The notes under the pieces: generated by a model
Databases searched by the model: none
Told to the model about the DNA's origin: nothing
The model's input: only the letters and a program-made list of their open reading frames with translations
Shown here: piece by piece, positions 37,858-46,497 of the stretch
Numbering within the stretch: the first letter of the stretch is position 1
Layout of the letters: every line of letters begins with the position of its first letter
Position numbers and translations under genes: made by a program
Origin: Clostridia bacterium
GTDB lineage: Bacteria > Bacillota > Clostridia > Christensenellales > QALW01
Length of the DNA stretch: 64,000 nt
Assembly (NCBI GenBank): GCA_045591115.1
Contig: JAZNSH010000050.1
Coordinates: 26,294 to 90,293, forward strand
Direction: 5' to 3'

Positions 37858-37996
37858 GATCAAAGTGAAGGTTTTTCTGACACGGAGATAGTTATACTGC
37901 ATCTGAAAACGAGGTTTAGTACTGAGTTAAGGTAAAGAATAATGGGCGTAATCTCTTTACTGTTGTGCAGTAAAGAGATTTTTTTATGGAGGTAAA
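37858..37996 (+). promoter_or_regulatory. 5' leader with terminator/attenuator (unclassified cis-regulator)
   Basis: About 90 nt of leader precedes the terminator. SD GGAGG (37988-37992) begins 3 nt after the U-tract, so no promoter can fit downstream. A possible antiterminator pairs GTAAAGA (37932-37938) with TCTTTAC (37954-37960). Confidence 0.5.
37950..37985 (+). terminator. Strong intrinsic terminator in the leader
   Basis: 13-bp perfect stem AATCTCTTTACTG / CAGTAAAGAGATT with a 5-nt loop, followed by TTTTT. Confidence 0.85.
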
Positions 37997-38266
37997 ATGG
38001 AAAACAGAATAGGAATTGTAGGTATTGTTATTGATGACCCCACAAAAGCGGCAGAAAAGGTAAATGAAATTTTAAGTGAATTTTCTGACATTATTATCGG
38101 AAGAATGGGGCTTCCGTATAGAAAACGTTCTATTCACGTTATATCAATAATGGTGGATGGAACCAATGAACGCATCGGTGCACTTTCCGGGAAATTAGGA
38201 AGACTTGAAGGTGTAAATGCTAAATGCGTGTTGTCTAATAAAAAATATGAAGGAGATTTATTATGA
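37997..38266 (+). CDS. TM1266-family small ACT-like protein (family annotated as a putative iron-only hydrogenase system regulator)
   Basis: 89 aa. RIGIVGIVIDD...INEILSEFSDIIIGRMGLPYR...HVISIMVDGTNERIGALSGKLGRLEGV matches my recollection of the TM1266 family. Not verified by any search. Confidence 0.6.
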   Translation: MENRIGIVGIVIDDPTKAAEKVNEILSEFSDIIIGRMGLPYRKRSIHVISIMVDGTNERIGALSGKLGRLEGVNAKCVLSNKKYEGDLL

Positions 38267-39219
38267 AAAAATTTTTAAGTTTAATTTTATGTGTTGTTAT
38301 GTTGTTGGCTGTTGGGTGTAAAGAGGAACAAACAGAAACCACAGTTGAAGTGAAGATCGGTGCTCTTATGGGTCCGACCGGGATGGGAATGTCAAAGCTT
38401 ATGGATGACGGTAAAAATAATAAAACTGTCAATAAATACACCTTTGAGCTTTTCAGTGCGCCCACTGATATTTCGGGTCCCATTATAAACGGTGAATTAG
38501 ATATTGCAGCAGTTTCAACAAATCTTGCGGCTACACTTTATAATAAAACCAACGGTAAAGTTAAATTGCTTGCTCTTAACACATTAGGTGTATTATACAT
38601 TCTTGAAAAAGGCAACTCAGTAAATTCAATTAAAGATCTTGAAGGTAAAAAGATTTATTCTTCAGGCCAAGCTGCAACACCACAGTATGCACTTGATTAT
38701 GTTTTAAAACAGAATAATATAAACTGTGAAGTAGAATATTTTCCATCTCATGCAGAGCTTGCTACACAGGCTTTGGCGGGTAATGCTGATATAATTCTCA
38801 TTCCCGAGCCTCAGGTATCAACAATTATTTCTAAAAATCCCGAATTCAGAATTGCTGTTGATTTTAATGCAGCTTGGGATGAGGCAACCAATAATGAGGC
38901 AATTTTCTCAATGGGATGCCTTGTTGTCAGAAGTGAGTTTGCCGAGAAAAATCCTGAAGCAGTAAAAAAATTTCTTAAAGAATATACTGCGTCGGTTAAA
39001 TATGTAAATGAAAATCCAAAAGAGGCTGCGGAGATCATAGCAGAAAATAAAATCGTTCCCAATGCGGCTATTGCGGAAAAGGCAATTCCCAATGCAAAAA
39101 TGGTAACGATTTCAGGTAATGATATGAAGGAAAAAACAAAGAAATATCTTCAGATACTTTTTGAAAGTGATAAAAAATCAGTAGGCGGTGCATTGCCGGG
39201 TGAGGACTTCTATTATTAA
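38263..39219 (+). CDS. ABC transporter substrate-binding lipoprotein (NMT1/THI5 - SsuA/TauA-like)
   Basis: 318 aa. Lipobox LLAVGC. Periplasmic-binding type 2 fold pattern. ATGA overlap with the upstream gene. Confidence 0.8.
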   Translation: MKKFLSLILCVVMLLAVGCKEEQTETTVEVKIGALMGPTGMGMSKLMDDGKNNKTVNKYTFELFSAPTDISGPIINGELDIAAVSTNLAATLYNKTNGKVKLLALNTLGVLYILEKGNSVNSIKDLEGKKIYSSGQAATPQYALDYVLKQNNINCEVEYFPSHAELATQALAGNADIILIPEPQVSTIISKNPEFRIAVDFNAAWDEATNNEAIFSMGCLVVRSEFAEKNPEAVKKFLKEYTASVKYVNENPKEAAEIIAENKIVPNAAIAEKAIPNAKMVTISGNDMKEKTKKYLQILFESDKKSVGGALPGEDFYY

Positions 39220-39967
39220 AAAAATAATTTTAACGCTATCAATAACTGCAATATGGTTGATTATATGGCAGATAATATATGTTCTTGTGGGGAATCCTCT
39301 TTTTGTGGAATCCCCCAAAAACGTTTTTTTGAGAATGGTTCAACTAATACAGGAAATTGAATTTTGGAAAACCGTTTTCTTAAGCGTTATCAGTATTTTG
39401 CAAGGGTTTGTCCTTGGCATAATATTCGGAACTTTGATGGCTTTTGTAAGTATAAATGAATTTTTTAATAGCCTTTTTTCGCCCCTTAAAATAATTATAA
39501 GAGCCACACCTATTGCTTCAATTATAATGCTTATGTGGATATGGCTTGAAAGAGCATATATTCCGGTTTTTGTCGCTTTTTTAATGGTTACGCCAATACT
39601 CTGGGGAAATGTTTCCACTGGCATAAAAAGTGTAAAAAAAGAACATATAGAGTTTGCGAAAGTATATAAATTTTCAAGAATAAAAAAGTTTAAATATATA
39701 TATGTTCCCACTGTATTACCTTATTTTGCCACTGCGGTATGCACTTCATCGGGACTTGTTTGGAAAGCGGGTATTGCAGCGGAGGTGCTTTGTCAGCCAC
39801 CCAAAACCATAGGTGCCAATTTGTTTTTTGCAAAGGGAAGCTTTGAATATCTTGATGTTTTTGTGTGGACGGCAGTTATAATTATAATTAGTATATTGCT
39901 TGAAGTTTCTATAAAAAAGATTCTTAAAAAACTTGAAAAACGTTTTAAGTTTGCGGGGTTAACATGA
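39188..39967 (+). CDS. ABC transporter permease (NitT/TauT family type)
   Basis: 259 aa. Six predicted TM helices. Conserved cytoplasmic loop region (FAKVYKFSRIKKFKYIYVPTVLPY). GTG start is uncertain (39188 or 39200). Confidence 0.8.
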   Translation: MHCRVRTSIIKKIILTLSITAIWLIIWQIIYVLVGNPLFVESPKNVFLRMVQLIQEIEFWKTVFLSVISILQGFVLGIIFGTLMAFVSINEFFNSLFSPLKIIIRATPIASIIMLMWIWLERAYIPVFVAFLMVTPILWGNVSTGIKSVKKEHIEFAKVYKFSRIKKFKYIYVPTVLPYFATAVCTSSGLVWKAGIAAEVLCQPPKTIGANLFFAKGSFEYLDVFVWTAVIIIISILLEVSIKKILKKLEKRFKFAGLT

Positions 39968-40512
39968 TAAATATTGAAAATCTTACTGTGAAGTTTGATA
40001 AAACGGTAATAAAAGATTTTTCTGTTTTTCTTCCTTCCAAAGGTGTTTATTGCATATTTGCACCATCGGGTGTTGGTAAAACAACGTTGCTTAATGCAAT
40101 AGCAGGGCTTGTAAAATATTCAGGAAAAATTGATGTTTTGGGAAAAATAAGCTATTTATTTCAAGAAGATAGATTATTTAATTGGCTTACGGTTAAACAA
40201 AATATAATGATTATTGAACCTGATCCTGAAAAAGTTGAAAAATATGCTGAAGCATTTGGCGTAAATGATTTTATAAATGAAATGCCACAAGAGCTTTCTG
40301 GAGGAATGAGAAGGCGAGTAGGTCTTGTGAGAACACTTGCTTTTGATGCTGATGTATTTTTATTAGATGAGCCTTTTAACGGCCTTGATGAAGAAAACGT
40401 GAAAAAGGTTTATGAGGTTATAAAAGAAATTTCAAAGGAAAAGCTTGTGCTTCTTGTTACCCATAATGAACAAGATGCTATCAACTTAAATGCTGAAAAA
40501 ATTTTACTTTAA
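39964..40512 (+). CDS. ABC transporter ATP-binding protein (compact, 182 aa)
   Basis: Walker A APSGVGKTT, Q-loop LFQED, signature LSGGMRRR, Walker B VFLLDEP, H-loop VTHN. Confidence 0.85.
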   Translation: MINIENLTVKFDKTVIKDFSVFLPSKGVYCIFAPSGVGKTTLLNAIAGLVKYSGKIDVLGKISYLFQEDRLFNWLTVKQNIMIIEPDPEKVEKYAEAFGVNDFINEMPQELSGGMRRRVGLVRTLAFDADVFLLDEPFNGLDEENVKKVYEVIKEISKEKLVLLVTHNEQDAINLNAEKILL

Positions 40513-40788
40513 GAATTCAGAAAAATTCTTTAACGTGTCAATGTAACTTTCAGATGAACTTCCTTGTGAGCTTATGTTGTTAAATAATCCCGTCAAATTA
40601 GGAAGCATTGAAAATAGATTTGACATATTATTGATTTTTGATGAAAAATTATCTGCGGCTTCAATTGCATTTTTTATGCTATTGAAGCCGTTTTTATTGG
40701 TTAATAAAAATAGAATAAACATAGGAGTTAAATCGTTCACAAACATCGCCTCATTATATTTATATGCACAAAATAATAAAAAGTGCAT
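40504..40788 (-). CDS. Hypothetical protein; coding status doubtful
   Basis: 94-aa ORF with no SD before either ATG. It contains a + strand terminator-like hairpin (40655-40697). An alternative 78-aa + strand ORF overlaps it. Confidence 0.25.
   Translation of the reverse strand: MHFLLFCAYKYNEAMFVNDLTPMFILFLLTNKNGFNSIKNAIEAADNFSSKINNMSNLFSMLPNLTGLFNNISSQGSSSESYIDTLKNFSEFLK
40655..40697 (+). terminator. Terminator-like hairpin about 145 nt downstream of the ABC operon
   Basis: CGGCTTCAAT (40655-40664), 16-nt loop, ATTGAAGCCG (40681-40690), then TTTTTAT. Confidence 0.55.
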
Positions 40789-40809
40789 AACATTATATGA
40801 GGTGATATG

Positions 40810-41091
40810 ATGAAAAGATCATTAAGAAATTCAAACTCAAAGGTAGAAGAAAATAAGCTTAACAGTGAACAAAAAATTCAGTTTGAAAAATTAAAGGATG
40901 TGGCAAAAAAATACGAGGGAAAAAGCGATAATGATATTTTTAAGGATCTTTCCGAAGCTGTTCAGAAAGGGAAAAAGGATGGAACGCTAACCAATGAAAA
41001 AATGGATTCTATTGCATCAACAATCGCTCCGATGCTTAACGGTGAACAAAAAAATAAGCTTAATAAACTTATGCAGACATTAAAAAAATAG
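40810..41091 (+). CDS. Small lysine-rich hypothetical protein
   Basis: 93 aa. GAGGTG (40799-40804) lies 5 nt before ATG 40810. Helical, K/E/N-rich. No family recognised. Confidence 0.55.
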   Translation: MKRSLRNSNSKVEENKLNSEQKIQFEKLKDVAKKYEGKSDNDIFKDLSEAVQKGKKDGTLTNEKMDSIASTIAPMLNGEQKNKLNKLMQTLKK

Positions 41092-41096
41092 GGGAT

Positions 41097-42227
41097 TTAA
41101 CCCCTATTTTTTGATATAAGCTCAAGAACGTTTAAAAGGTAATGAAGTTCTTTTTCGGTGTTAAACATACTTAATGATATTCTTACAGCGCCTTGATCTT
41201 CCGTTCCCAAAAATTTGTGACATAACGGTGCGCAGTGAAAACCTCCGCGAACGCATATTGAATACCGCTTATCAAGTATATCTGCAATTTCGTTGGAGTC
41301 TTTGGTGCCAACATTAAATGCAATAACACCGCTCTTGGCGTGGCGTGGTGAGTATAATTTAATTTTTTTGTTAGTTTTTAGATTATCTATTAAAAACTGC
41401 GCAAGATGTGTTTCGTGTTCGTAAATTTTTTTCTGTCGTTTGCTTATAAATTTTACGCCTTCTTCCAATGCGGAAATATTTTGAACGGATAATGTTCCGC
41501 TTTCAAGATATTCGGGCATATCACTGGGCTGAATGAGATCAAATGTTCTGTTTCCCGTTCCGCCAAAACGAAGAGGAATGGGAAGAGGGACATCTTTTTT
41601 TATTCCCAAAATACCAATTCCTTGGGGACCGTATAAGCTTTTGTGACCTGCAAGGCAAAAATAATCACAATCAATATTCATATCTTGTATTCCTGCTGCT
41701 TGCGCACAGTCCGCTATAAATAAAAGTCCATATTCTTTTGCTATTTTAGCATATTCATTTATTGGCTGAACAAAACCGTTAACGTTTGAAACGTAGTTAA
41801 AAATCATTGCCTTAGTATTCTTTTTAATTGCGTTTGTAAATTGCTTGTCGCTGATATAAAAACCGTTATCAGGGTACAAAACTGAATATTCTATTCCTTT
41901 GTTTTTCATAAATTCAAGGGGTCTTAAAACTGAATTGTGTTCGTAAGCACTTGTGATTATATGATCTCCATCTTTAAAAAGGCCTCGAATAAGAATATTT
42001 AAAGAATCTGTACAACCAAATGTGAAAATAACTCGTTCAGGTGCATCTAAAAAAAGAAAATCACTAATTGTTTTTCTTGCTGAATATATTAATTCTGCTG
42101 CCATAATTGAAGCTTGATGGCCACTTCTTCCGGCATTAGCAGAAAAATTTTTAAAAACTGAATCGCTGCGAAAGTACACTTCGTGCGGTTTAAAAAGCGT
42201 AGTTGCAGCATTATCAAGATAGATCAT
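41097..42227 (-). CDS. Class V aminotransferase-fold PLP enzyme (cysteine desulfurase / selenocysteine lyase-like)
   Basis: PLP-Lys context AGHKSLYGPQG. C-terminal RGGFHCAP motif. Start moved to ATG 42227 (MIYLDNAATT; GGAG 8 nt upstream). Confidence 0.82.
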   Translation of the reverse strand: MIYLDNAATTLFKPHEVYFRSDSVFKNFSANAGRSGHQASIMAAELIYSARKTISDFLFLDAPERVIFTFGCTDSLNILIRGLFKDGDHIITSAYEHNSVLRPLEFMKNKGIEYSVLYPDNGFYISDKQFTNAIKKNTKAMIFNYVSNVNGFVQPINEYAKIAKEYGLLFIADCAQAAGIQDMNIDCDYFCLAGHKSLYGPQGIGILGIKKDVPLPIPLRFGGTGNRTFDLIQPSDMPEYLESGTLSVQNISALEEGVKFISKRQKKIYEHETHLAQFLIDNLKTNKKIKLYSPRHAKSGVIAFNVGTKDSNEIADILDKRYSICVRGGFHCAPLCHKFLGTEDQGAVRISLSMFNTEKELHYLLNVLELISKNRG

Positions 42228-42298
42228 ATCAGCTGCTCCGTTAACCTTTATTTGCTGCACATAATATATTATATTAAAATAGATGTTAGGAGGATACA

Positions 42299-42520
42299 TT
42301 GTTGGAATATATTATTATTGTTTTTCGTTCACGCACGCAAGTTATAAATTTTAAGAAAATTCTTGAGGGAAATGGCATAAATGCGCAGATCGTTTCTACG
42401 CCCAGGAGACTCAATATCGGATGCGGACTATCGTTAAAAGTATTAAACAGAGATTTCTATAGAGCAAAAGAACTTATTGATGTTTATAAGCCACAAGGAT
42501 TTGTTGGCATTTATGATTGA
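42299..42520 (+). CDS. DUF3343 (putative Se/S carrier-like) small protein
   Basis: 73 aa. Pattern IIVFRSRTQ...STPRRLNIGCGLSL is typical of the family as I recall it. TTG start follows TAGGAGGA. Confidence 0.65.
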   Translation: MLEYIIIVFRSRTQVINFKKILEGNGINAQIVSTPRRLNIGCGLSLKVLNRDFYRAKELIDVYKPQGFVGIYD

Positions 42521-42576
42521 CAATAAAAAAATATTATGATAATCTAACCATATAAAAGTATGGAGAAGATTTATAT

Positions 42577-43695
42577 ATGATATATGCAGATTATGCGGCA
42601 ACAACGCCCATTGATAAGGACGTTTTAAAAAGAATGGAAGAATCCTTTGCTTCTGATTTTGCAAATCCATCAAGCACTCATCAATTTGGTAGAGAAGCTT
42701 CAAAAGCAGTAGAGGAAGCAAGAATGAGCATAGCGAGTAAAATAAATTGCAACAGAAATGAGATTTATTTTACTTCCGGTGGTACGGAAAGCGATAACTG
42801 GGCAATTTTGGGCTATGTTAAAGCAAATGATGTGAAGCACGTTATTACGTCATCAATAGAACATCACGCAGTCTTAAATACCTGCTTGAGGCTTGAAAAC
42901 GAAGGCGTAAAAGTAACTTATTTATCTGTTGATAGCGTAGGCAGAATAAATATTGATGAGCTTGAGAGTTCGATAACGGATGAAACCGGACTTATTAGCA
43001 TAATGACTGCCAATAATGAGATCGGAACAATTCAGGATATCGATAAAATTGGTGAAATTGCAAAAAAATATAATATACCTTTTCACACTGATGCTGTTCA
43101 GGCTGTCGGAAATATTATGATCGATGTTGAAAAATCTAATATTTCGATGTTATCTGCTTCGGCACATAAATTTTACGGACCTAAAGGTATTGGTTTTCTT
43201 TATATAAAAAACGGTATAAAAATCTCAAATTTATTTGAAGGTGGAGCTCAAGAGCGTGACAGAAGACCCGGAACAGTAAATACTCCCTTGGTCGTTGGTA
43301 TGGCTTGTGCTCTTGAAAAGTCAATTGATAATATTAAAGAATATAATTTAAAGCAGACCGAAAGAATAAATACGGTAAAAGAGATCGTACTTGGTAAACT
43401 TCCTGATGTGCAAATAAATGGAGATGAAGTAAATCGTCTTTCGGGGAATTTAAGCCTTTTTTTTGACGGTATACAATCGGAAGGTTTGGTTGTTTTGCTT
43501 GATATGATGGGAGTGTGTGTTTCAGCAGGTGCGGCGTGTTCTGCAGGAGCATTAAAGACCTCACACGTCCTTAAGGCTATAAATAAGGTTGAAGGTGCTA
43601 CGATCAGAATTTCATTAAGCCACTTGACAACAAAAGAAGAAGCAGAGACAATAGGCAACACTATAGTTGAAGCAGTTAATAAATTAAGAAAGTGA
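42577..43695 (+). CDS. NifS/IscS-type cysteine desulfurase
   Basis: 372 aa. PLP-Lys SAHKFYGPKG. Active-site loop SAGAACSAG. N-terminal YADYAATTP. Confidence 0.88.
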   Translation: MIYADYAATTPIDKDVLKRMEESFASDFANPSSTHQFGREASKAVEEARMSIASKINCNRNEIYFTSGGTESDNWAILGYVKANDVKHVITSSIEHHAVLNTCLRLENEGVKVTYLSVDSVGRINIDELESSITDETGLISIMTANNEIGTIQDIDKIGEIAKKYNIPFHTDAVQAVGNIMIDVEKSNISMLSASAHKFYGPKGIGFLYIKNGIKISNLFEGGAQERDRRPGTVNTPLVVGMACALEKSIDNIKEYNLKQTERINTVKEIVLGKLPDVQINGDEVNRLSGNLSLFFDGIQSEGLVVLLDMMGVCVSAGAACSAGALKTSHVLKAINKVEGATIRISLSHLTTKEEAETIGNTIVEAVNKLRK

Positions 43696-43696
43696 A

Positions 43697-43727
43697 AAAG
43701 TTACTGGTTTTTCCAGTAACTTTTTTT
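43697..43727 (+). terminator. Intrinsic terminator after the desulfurase gene
   Basis: AAAGTTACTGG-5 nt-CCAGTAACTTT followed by TTTT. Confidence 0.8.
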
Positions 43728-43766
43728 ATTTTTTGGTTAATAATAAAAGAAGAAAAGGGTGAAAGT

Positions 43767-44201
43767 ATGGAATCAATAAATAGTTATATAGGTTGTGATG
43801 TATATGCAGGCGGTAAAGTTATCGGAAGAATATATGACTTCCTTATAGATTTTAAAAACAAAAACATTTTTGGAATAATCTGTTTGAGCAATACAGGAAT
43901 TATCAGAACAAAATTTTATGTTGAAAAAACAGGTGTTTTACATCTTGACAGAAATGGTGCTGTAATTGATAAGAGTAAGATAAATTATAAGAAAAAATTT
44001 GACGAGGAGTATTCGCGAATATATTCCCAAAGCGAATTTCGTAATGGAAGTATTGGTAATTTATATATTGATCCGGAAACACTGGAGTTTAAAAGTGTAA
44101 GCGTTAAAAAAAGCTTTCTTGATGATTTGATCTATGGCAGAGAATTTTTCGATATTAATGATATAACATTGACAGAAAAGGGAATAGTAAAAAAGGATTA
44201 G
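43767..44201 (+). CDS. PRC-barrel-like domain protein
   Basis: Start moved to ATG 43767, because the track start 43692 lies across the terminator. N-terminal IGCDVYAGGKVIGRIYDFLIDFKNKNIFGIICL resembles a PRC-barrel. Confidence 0.5.
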   Translation: MESINSYIGCDVYAGGKVIGRIYDFLIDFKNKNIFGIICLSNTGIIRTKFYVEKTGVLHLDRNGAVIDKSKINYKKKFDEEYSRIYSQSEFRNGSIGNLYIDPETLEFKSVSVKKSFLDDLIYGREFFDINDITLTEKGIVKKD

Positions 44202-44212
44202 GAGGTGAATTT

Positions 44213-44359
44213 ATGAAAATACTTGGAACTTCATTGATGGTAACTGCCGGTGTAGCGGCAGGTATGATTGCAGGTGCACATCTTACGATGAATAAGCCTT
44301 GTGTTCGAAGAATCTACAGATATGGTAAACGTTATATTAAAAAAATGATTAAAAATTAA
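44213..44359 (+). CDS. Small (48 aa) membrane protein, not in the ORF track
   Basis: TAGGAGGTG lies 7 nt before the ATG. Sequence is MKILGTSLMVTAGVAAGMIAGAHLTMNKPCVRRIYRYGKRYIKKMIKN, one TM helix followed by a basic tail. Confidence 0.5.
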   Translation: MKILGTSLMVTAGVAAGMIAGAHLTMNKPCVRRIYRYGKRYIKKMIKN

Positions 44360-44396
44360 ATGGGGCAAAAAGCCCCTACATAAAGGAAGTAACAAT

Positions 44397-45419
44397 GTGT
44401 TAAGAAAACGTAGAATTGCAATAATAATATCTATAATTTTATTTGTATGGTTTTTGCTGTTTTTTCAAGAATCAATATTAAAAATCCTCTCTATTCTGGC
44501 AACTTCATCCGTGGTTGCTTATTTAATATTTCCGTTGATTAAACGCCTTGAAAAACGAGTGCCTGATAATTTTGCGATAATTCTGAGCTTTGTAATTATA
44601 ATTTCAATAATACTTTCTTTGGTTTTTCTGCTTGTGCCTATTTTCAAAGAACAAATACAAAATCTTGTAATTATTTTGCCGGAATATATAAATAATATTT
44701 CCGATGAATTATCAAAGATACCTTATGTAAAAAATATTTTACCTACAACGGATTATATAAAACAAAATTTTTTAAATGCGGATACGGTGATGTCTGTTTT
44801 TGCACCGCAAAAAATTATTTCTCTCATATCATCACTTTTGTTGATTCCCGTTGTCGTATTCTATATTTTGAAAGAACGAGAAAATTTAAAAAAACTAAGT
44901 CTTTTTCTTTTGCCCGGAAAAATAAAAACACCTGCTATATTTATTTTCAGAGATATTAATCGACAGTTGCGTGATTACGTGTTTGGTGAATTTGTTATTA
45001 TTCTTGCTGTCTCATTTTTTATGTCGATTGTCTTATTAATATTTGGTTTTGATTATTGGCTTATATTGGGAATTTTAATGGGAATATTCAATATAATTCC
45101 TTATGTGGGACCGCTCATAGGAAGCCTGCCAATTCTTTTGACTGCATTTTATCAGGATAAGGTCATTCTTGCCATTGTTCTTATTCTTCTTGTTCAGCAA
45201 ATAGATAATCTTATAATTCATCCGCGCATTATATCTGACAGTGTTAAAATTCATCCTGTAATAGTTCTTCTGTGTGTTGTAGCAGGAAACACTATAGGAA
45301 GTGTGTTTGGAATGGTTCTTGCAATACCGTTTTTTATTATCGCAAGAATACTTTTCAGAGAGTTTTATAAATATTTCAGCGAAAGAAAACGTAATTTTTG
45401 TCAAATAAATAAAATATAG
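44397..45419 (+). CDS. AI-2E family transporter (PerM/UPF0118)
   Basis: 340 aa. Polytopic. Conserved NIIPYVGPLIGSLP segment. GTG start 7 nt after AAGGAAG. Confidence 0.82.
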   Translation: MLRKRRIAIIISIILFVWFLLFFQESILKILSILATSSVVAYLIFPLIKRLEKRVPDNFAIILSFVIIISIILSLVFLLVPIFKEQIQNLVIILPEYINNISDELSKIPYVKNILPTTDYIKQNFLNADTVMSVFAPQKIISLISSLLLIPVVVFYILKERENLKKLSLFLLPGKIKTPAIFIFRDINRQLRDYVFGEFVIILAVSFFMSIVLLIFGFDYWLILGILMGIFNIIPYVGPLIGSLPILLTAFYQDKVILAIVLILLVQQIDNLIIHPRIISDSVKIHPVIVLLCVVAGNTIGSVFGMVLAIPFFIIARILFREFYKYFSERKRNFCQINKI

Positions 45420-45482
45420 TCTTGTAAAAAATGTTTTTTTATAATATAATATATCTATAAATATTTTTTACGGAGGTTTTTT

Positions 45483-45734
45483 ATGCAAAATATCAATGAT
45501 ACAATGAAATACAGACGCAATGAGGATAATGCCGAAATCAAAGATATTCTTGTTCAGGTATACACTTCGCTTCAGGAAAAGGGTTATGATCCCGTAAATC
45601 AGATCGTTGGATATATTCTTTCGGGCGATCCGACTTATATCACCGGTTATAATAATGCACGAAATCTTATTCGCAGGGTCGAGCGTGACGAATTATTGGA
45701 AGAGCTTGTTAAGAGCTACGTTGAAAATTGCTGA
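45483..45734 (+). CDS. IreB-family regulatory phosphoprotein (UPF0297)
   Basis: 83 aa. [19 protein letters not shown] motif. Followed by ruvX and DUF1292, as in other Firmicutes. Confidence 0.85.
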   Translation: MQNINDTMKYRRNEDNAEIKDILVQVYTSLQEKGYDPVNQIVGYILSGDPTYITGYNNARNLIRRVERDELLEELVKSYVENC

Positions 45735-46153
45735 TGAGATATTTAGGGCTTGATATCGGAGATAAACGCATCGGCATTTCTTTAAGCACAAGCGGTATTC
45801 TTGCAAGCGGAGTTGAAACTTACAGTCGCGTCAGCTTGAAACACGATTGCCAATATATTATGGATATAATAAAAGCAAATAAAGTTGATATTGTTGTTGC
45901 GGGCTTGCCCAAACATCTTAACGGTGATGCTCACGAGCAGGCAGAGAAAAATGAAGTTTTATGTAATGCATTAAGAGAGCAGGGCGTTATAATTGAATAT
46001 TTTGATGAAAGGCTTACGTCCTCTTGTGCGGAAAAAGTAATGCTTGAAGCAGACCTTTCAAGAAAAAAACGTAAAGAAAACATTGATAAACTTGCTGCGG
46101 TAATTATATTGCAGGATTATCTTGATTTTAAAAATGGAGGATCTTTTTTATGA
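45734..46153 (+). CDS. ruvX: Holliday junction resolvase-like nuclease RuvX/YqgF
   Basis: [17 protein letters not shown]-terminus. Start taken at ATG 45734 (TGATG overlap with the upstream stop). Confidence 0.9.
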   Translation: MRYLGLDIGDKRIGISLSTSGILASGVETYSRVSLKHDCQYIMDIIKANKVDIVVAGLPKHLNGDAHEQAEKNEVLCNALREQGVIIEYFDERLTSSCAEKVMLEADLSRKKRKENIDKLAAVIILQDYLDFKNGGSFL

Positions 46154-46434
46154 GTGAAAATCAGGAAAATATTGTACTTACCCTTGTTGATGAAAATGAC
46201 GAAAGCTTTGAAGCAGAGCTCATTGACAGTATTTCTTATGATGGGCATATATATAATCTTTTTGTACCCGTAGATGAGAAGGATAATGAAGAAGCTCCCG
46301 TCATAATTTTAGAATATGTTGAAGAAGGCGAAGATATAGTGCTTCTTCCCGTAGAAAACGAGGTTTTGCTTGAGGAAATATGGGAAGCTTATGAAGCTGA
46401 ATTTGATGATGAGGATGAAGAAAAGGAAGAATGA
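46150..46434 (+). CDS. DUF1292 acidic protein (YrzB-like)
   Basis: 94 aa. Highly acidic. Conserved position after ruvX. Confidence 0.75.
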   Translation: MSENQENIVLTLVDENDESFEAELIDSISYDGHIYNLFVPVDEKDNEEAPVIILEYVEEGEDIVLLPVENEVLLEEIWEAYEAEFDDEDEEKEE

Positions 46435-46497
46435 CACCTTTTTGCTTAAGCTTTAGCATTTTCTGAAAAAATTTTTAAAATAAATAAAGGATTTTTG

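Noticed and set aside
37858-37950. TPP, SAM-I, guanidine (ykkC / mini-ykkC), ZTP, glycine or TRAP/HutP-type sites in the operon leader
   Set aside because: Only isolated short matches (CTGAG, ACACGG, ACGA, a few GAG/TAG triplets) are present, without the conserved cores or helices of those classes.
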